IMG/VR virus record: IMGVR_UViG_3300031951_000017 | Span: 64,001-128,000 of that record | DNA: 64,000 nucleotides | Reading direction: 5' to 3' (one strand) | DNA from: a virus | Shown here: in pieces, positions 60,240 to 64,000 of the stretch | Layout of the letters: the number at the start of each line of letters is the position of its first letter | Numbering within the stretch: the stretch's first letter is position 1 | The notes under the pieces: model-generated | Told to the model about the DNA's origin: nothing | The model's input: only the letters and a program-made list of their open reading frames with translations | Database searches by the model: none | Translations under genes and position numbers: made by a program

Positions 60240-60277
60240 TCAAATAGTATAACAAATAATAAATATCACCTATTCTA

Positions 60278-61222
60278 TTATTGTTTACCATACATACCAA
60301 TCAAATAGTCTTTGATGTGAAGAAAACTCTTAGTGATATCAAACCCAGCAAAATAATTTCTCAACTTGCCTAAGTCTAATCTATATTCCCTATCATGACC
60401 CAATCTGTCAGGAACAAATTCAATTGTTGCCGTATTATCAGGAACTATCTCTTGAATCATTTTAATAATTTCAATATTCTGAAATTCAATGTTTGAACCA
60501 ATGTTGAATGTGTCATTTATGATATGTTCGTTAAACATAAATTCAGCAATTATTCTAACATTGTCATAAACATAAATCCATTCTCTTGATTGTTTCCCAT
60601 CACCATATACAGGTATGTTTTTACCTTCTTTGATTGAATTATAAATGACAGGTAAAAACTTTTCTTTGAACTGGTGTTCGCCAAAGTTATTACAAGTTCT
60701 TGTTATCAAATATGGTAACCCATATGTTCTATGACAAGCTTTAACCAATAAATCCGCAGCAGCCTTTGATGCTGAATAATATGAACTTGGATTTAATTCA
60801 TGGTCTTCATTTGCCGACTTATGTTTAAAAACAACCGATTCCATATCACCATACACCTCGTCTGTCGATATTTGGATGAACTTCTTCAATCTTTTGTTTT
60901 GTCTTGCACACTCAAGTAGATTAAACGTCCCTTCAATATTTGATTTAATAAATGGTTTTCCATTTTTAATCGAATTATCAACATGTGATTCTGCGGCAAA
61001 GTTTACAAGATAATCATATTCACCTAAGTCTTTAGGAGTGACATCACAAATATCCTTCTCAAGGAATTGGTCATCAAGTCCAAACTCTATTTTTATATTG
61101 TCAAGATTTGAGCAATATGTTAATGAATCAACACATAAAATGTTACAATGAAAATTCTCTTTTAAATAATTAATAAATGCAGAACCTATAAATCCCGCAC
61201 CACCTGTGACTACTACTCTCAT
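60278..61222 (-). CDS. rmlB: dTDP-glucose 4,6-dehydratase
   Basis: TGGAGFIG, FAAESHVD, STDEVYG, YSASK, R.GHD..Y. Confidence 0.92.
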   Translation of the reverse strand: MRVVVTGGAGFIGSAFINYLKENFHCNILCVDSLTYCSNLDNIKIEFGLDDQFLEKDICDVTPKDLGEYDYLVNFAAESHVDNSIKNGKPFIKSNIEGTFNLLECARQNKRLKKFIQISTDEVYGDMESVVFKHKSANEDHELNPSSYYSASKAAADLLVKACHRTYGLPYLITRTCNNFGEHQFKEKFLPVIYNSIKEGKNIPVYGDGKQSREWIYVYDNVRIIAEFMFNEHIINDTFNIGSNIEFQNIEIIKMIQEIVPDNTATIEFVPDRLGHDREYRLDLGKLRNYFAGFDITKSFLHIKDYLIGMYGKQ

Positions 61223-61395
61223 ATTTTTTTTATTTCGTATTTGTATCCTGAATCAGAATTTTGTTCAAAAATCTCCTTAAATTTAATTGCCTCTTCCTGG
61301 ACATCAAATTCTAAAACTTCACCATGTGAATCTAAAATGATTACAGGTAAAGACACTCCTTTTTTGTTTTCAATATATTTTAAAATTACCCACAT
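61219..61395 (-). CDS. 58-aa hypothetical protein (not in the ORF track)
   Basis: MWVILKYIENKKGVSLPVIILDSHGEVLEF...YEIKKI; its stop overlaps the rmlB ATG (ATGA); own promoter. Confidence 0.7.
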   Translation of the reverse strand: MWVILKYIENKKGVSLPVIILDSHGEVLEFDVQEEAIKFKEIFEQNSDSGYKYEIKKI

Positions 61396-61412
61396 ATATC
61401 GTTTGTTTTGTA

Positions 61413-61443
61413 CAAAGATAAACTATTTAACGTTTTCTCTCAA
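61413..61443 (-). promoter_or_regulatory. Bacteroidota-type -33/-7 promoter
   Basis: TTG-N20-TATCTTTG on the minus strand. Confidence 0.65.
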
Positions 61444-63425
61444 CTTTTTTTCAAAAAAATTTCTTGCCACTCTTTTCTCCGATTATCTATATCAGTTTTA
61501 TTCTGTGGTTTTACAATTTTTGGGCTGTCCACAATAGATTTAATAATTTTTAAGTTTTCCTTATTATTTATATACTCTAAAATTTTTTTATTGTCATTTA
61601 CTTTATACTTTTCATTATTTTCAATAATGACAGGATTGAATTTTTTTAAATCTACATTGGTGACTAGCTTACTAATCAAATTATTTTTTTCTTTATTATT
61701 AATGGTGTCGGTATTATTTACAATAATATTTTCAGATAATATTTCTTTAATAGTTGATGTCTCCTCCTCAACTTTATTTTTAACCTCTGTTAAATTTATA
61801 TTTTTTAAATCATTTGTTTTTTCAACTAAGTTGTTCTTTTTTTGTTTAATTACTATGTAATTTTTATTTATTTTTTTGTTAATTGTATCTAATTTTAAAT
61901 TTCTATTTTCCTTTAAGTTTTTAGATTGGATTTCAATATGTTCTTTTTCAGTTTTAGTTAGTTTAAATTTAAGTTTGTTGTATCTAGGTAGGGAATATAT
62001 ATACTTTTCAGTTCTTTTTTGAAGTGTGGTATCTTTAACTGACGAATTAATGGTGTGTGTGTTTCTATTATGCCAATTATACACATAGGTGATGTCATTA
62101 AATTTTTTAAAGTGTTCTTTCCCTGCCATTTCAAGCATCGGCATTCCGTAAGCAATATCATTTGCGGCTTTTATAAACTCACCTTCAAACATTAAATCTG
62201 TTTTTTTAATATTTCTAAATAAAAACGCCTTAAAAACTCTCATGGCTGAAAATCCCCAAATGTTTTTTCTAGGATTATCAGCATCAGGTATTGCGGTAAA
62301 TGGTGATTTTCTTCTAAAATTGTCTATCCAATTATAACCAGCAATCCATAAATCTAGATTTGAAAAATGGTAATCTACTTTATTTAAAACGTCATTTCCA
62401 AAAAAATAATCGTCTCCGTCTAATTCAATTATTACATCTTCATCATCAATTAACTCGTTATTATTAATTAATTCATAAAAATTTTGTGTTTTAAATTTTT
62501 GAGTAGTGTTTTTAAAAATAGTGAACCTAGTATCATCACTAATCTCTTCTAATAGAGTTTCATATGTCCCATCATTAGAATTATCATCAATTACAAATAC
62601 TTTAAAATTTTTGTATTGTTGTCGTTTAATTGAATTAACATAAGTTCTAACAAAATTTTTAGCATTCCAAATAGTACTAACTATTATTAGATTACTTTTT
62701 ACTTTATTAGGAACATCAATTCTTTTTTGAAAATCTGATATGACTAAATCAGGTAAAGGTCCATAATTACTAGTTTTTCTTTTCGAACTTCTAATTTCAT
62801 GATATTTTTTTCGTATTGTCGAATTCATGTTTGTGTTTGAAGCATTCGACAAACTCTGATTGTAACGTCTATAAAAAAAAGGTGCTTCAGAAAGATACCT
62901 AATTTTGAATTTATTAGATTCTACCCTCCAAAAAAATTCATTGTCGGCGGCACACACCCAAGGTTCAAAACCATTTAAAAATTTAAAAACATGTTTATTA
63001 ATTCCAAAAGCCCCTGCAGCGTAATTATTAGATGATGTTTCATTTATTAATTTAAGTTCTTCATTTTCTTTAAAATTAAAAAAAGAAAATTTAACAAAAT
63101 CAAAATTATCCAATAATTCATTAGTTTTTGAAACCAAATTTTTTGACATTAAATCATCAGAATCAAAAAAAATAATTTTTTTATACTGACATTCTTTAAA
63201 TAGAGTATTACGTATAATATAAGTGCCAGGTTTTTTTTTAAAGAAAAATAATTTTAAATTTTGATATTTTTTTTTTTGATTAAGAACTGATTTATATGTT
63301 TTTTCACAATTGTCAATACCTAATAATATTTCATATTCTAAATTTTTACAAGAACTAATAACTGAATCAAGACATTCATGTATAAATTCATCATTATTAT
63401 ATGCCGTAATTACAATTGAAATCAT
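61440..63425 (-). CDS. Tandem GT2-GT2 glycosyltransferase with a Lys/Asn-rich tail
   Basis: ISIVITAYN, FFDSDD; IDDNSNDGT, LDGDD. Confidence 0.88.
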   Translation of the reverse strand: MISIVITAYNNDEFIHECLDSVISSCKNLEYEILLGIDNCEKTYKSVLNQKKKYQNLKLFFFKKKPGTYIIRNTLFKECQYKKIIFFDSDDLMSKNLVSKTNELLDNFDFVKFSFFNFKENEELKLINETSSNNYAAGAFGINKHVFKFLNGFEPWVCAADNEFFWRVESNKFKIRYLSEAPFFYRRYNQSLSNASNTNMNSTIRKKYHEIRSSKRKTSNYGPLPDLVISDFQKRIDVPNKVKSNLIIVSTIWNAKNFVRTYVNSIKRQQYKNFKVFVIDDNSNDGTYETLLEEISDDTRFTIFKNTTQKFKTQNFYELINNNELIDDEDVIIELDGDDYFFGNDVLNKVDYHFSNLDLWIAGYNWIDNFRRKSPFTAIPDADNPRKNIWGFSAMRVFKAFLFRNIKKTDLMFEGEFIKAANDIAYGMPMLEMAGKEHFKKFNDITYVYNWHNRNTHTINSSVKDTTLQKRTEKYIYSLPRYNKLKFKLTKTEKEHIEIQSKNLKENRNLKLDTINKKINKNYIVIKQKKNNLVEKTNDLKNINLTEVKNKVEEETSTIKEILSENIIVNNTDTINNKEKNNLISKLVTNVDLKKFNPVIIENNEKYKVNDNKKILEYINNKENLKIIKSIVDSPKIVKPQNKTDIDNRRKEWQEIFLKKS

Positions 63426-64000
63426 CGTTTTTCTTTTTGTCTCATTTTTAAATACTCATCTAAAACTTTCCTTTCATTTAATTTAGATGAAGGGTCATCC
63501 ATGTGTATTGCATAATTTGGGATAGTTCCATAATGCTTATTTCTTGTGATGTTAACTTTACCACTTTTCACACAAAATGGTGTTGCAAAATAGCCCATTT
63601 TTTTTCCCTCAGGTAAATAAAATCCACCAGTTAATTCAAAAATTTCTCGTGTCATTAATGTTGCCCCCAATCCAGTTCTAGGTACTTTTAATGTGTTATC
63701 ATTAATTTTTTCAACACCCTCATCTAAATTATATCTAGCGTAGTCATAAAATGAAACAATACCACAATCATTAAATTTGGACATAATTTCAATAACCGCT
63801 AAATCCCAATATCTATGAAAATACATATCATCATTTGCCATTACAAAAACTTTTGATTTTGAGAGTCTGATTATCTCATTGAAATTGTTAGCGGTTCCCT
63901 TGTTTTTATTATTTAATACTAAGTGATGTATTTTTCCATCCTTTTCCATTTTTTTTAACCACTCAACAGAACCATCAGTAGATGAATCATCAATAACATA
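63422..64000 (-). CDS. GT2 glycosyltransferase, 5'-partial
   Basis: Frame is open to the window end (YVIDDSSTDGS...); ANDD. Confidence 0.8.
   Translation of the reverse strand, partial: YVIDDSSTDGSVEWLKKMEKDGKIHHLVLNNKNKGTANNFNEIIRLSKSKVFVMANDDMYFHRYWDLAVIEIMSKFNDCGIVSFYDYARYNLDEGVEKINDNTLKVPRTGLGATLMTREIFELTGGFYLPEGKKMGYFATPFCVKSGKVNITRNKHYGTIPNYAIHMDDPSSKLNERKVLDEYLKMRQKEKR

Noticed and set aside
7249-62161. Other short overlapping ORFs in the track (e.g. 7249, 10666, 37071, 43021, 61408)
   Set aside because: They are nested antisense or off-frame within well-supported genes and have no recognisable motifs
1-64000. Stop-codon recoding, as in some Bacteroidota jumbo phages
   Set aside because: Core genes are full length in code 11, coding density is high, and TAG and TGA both end genes (TAG at 27949, 32344 and 38543; TGA at 53974)

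Overview
The window is a 64-kb slice of a very AT-rich, gene-dense, T4-like large or jumbo phage genome in the standard genetic code. It holds the head module: gp17-like terminase, gp20 portal, gp21 prohead protease, gp22-like scaffold and gp23 major capsid protein. It also holds a gp55-like late sigma factor, a gp5-like baseplate spike and Thr/Pro-rich mucin-like virion proteins. A large glycosyltransferase/oxygenase/methyltransferase block contains dut and phoH, and rmlB lies with further glycosyltransferases at the right end. A proteostasis cluster has ClpC lacking its N-domain, an M28-type peptidase, tmRNA and two DnaJ-type zinc-finger proteins. TTG-N19/20-TAnnTTTG promoters and a DUF4494-like gene point to a Bacteroidota host. 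The most notable observations are: (1) a candidate phage-encoded mucin-type protein glycosylation system (GT60-like transferase, 2OG-Fe(II) oxygenases, many GTs, TP-repeat virion substrates); (2) a TATTTAT late-promoter motif, the reverse complement of the T4 motif, before 19 genes, one copy lying in the loop of a 14-bp hairpin that covers the terminase start codon; (3) apparent gp21-processed head polyproteins that share small modules; (4) a tmRNA with an unusually long 21-codon tag next to a phage ClpC. All family assignments come from motif recognition by eye. No searches were run, so novelty is unverified.
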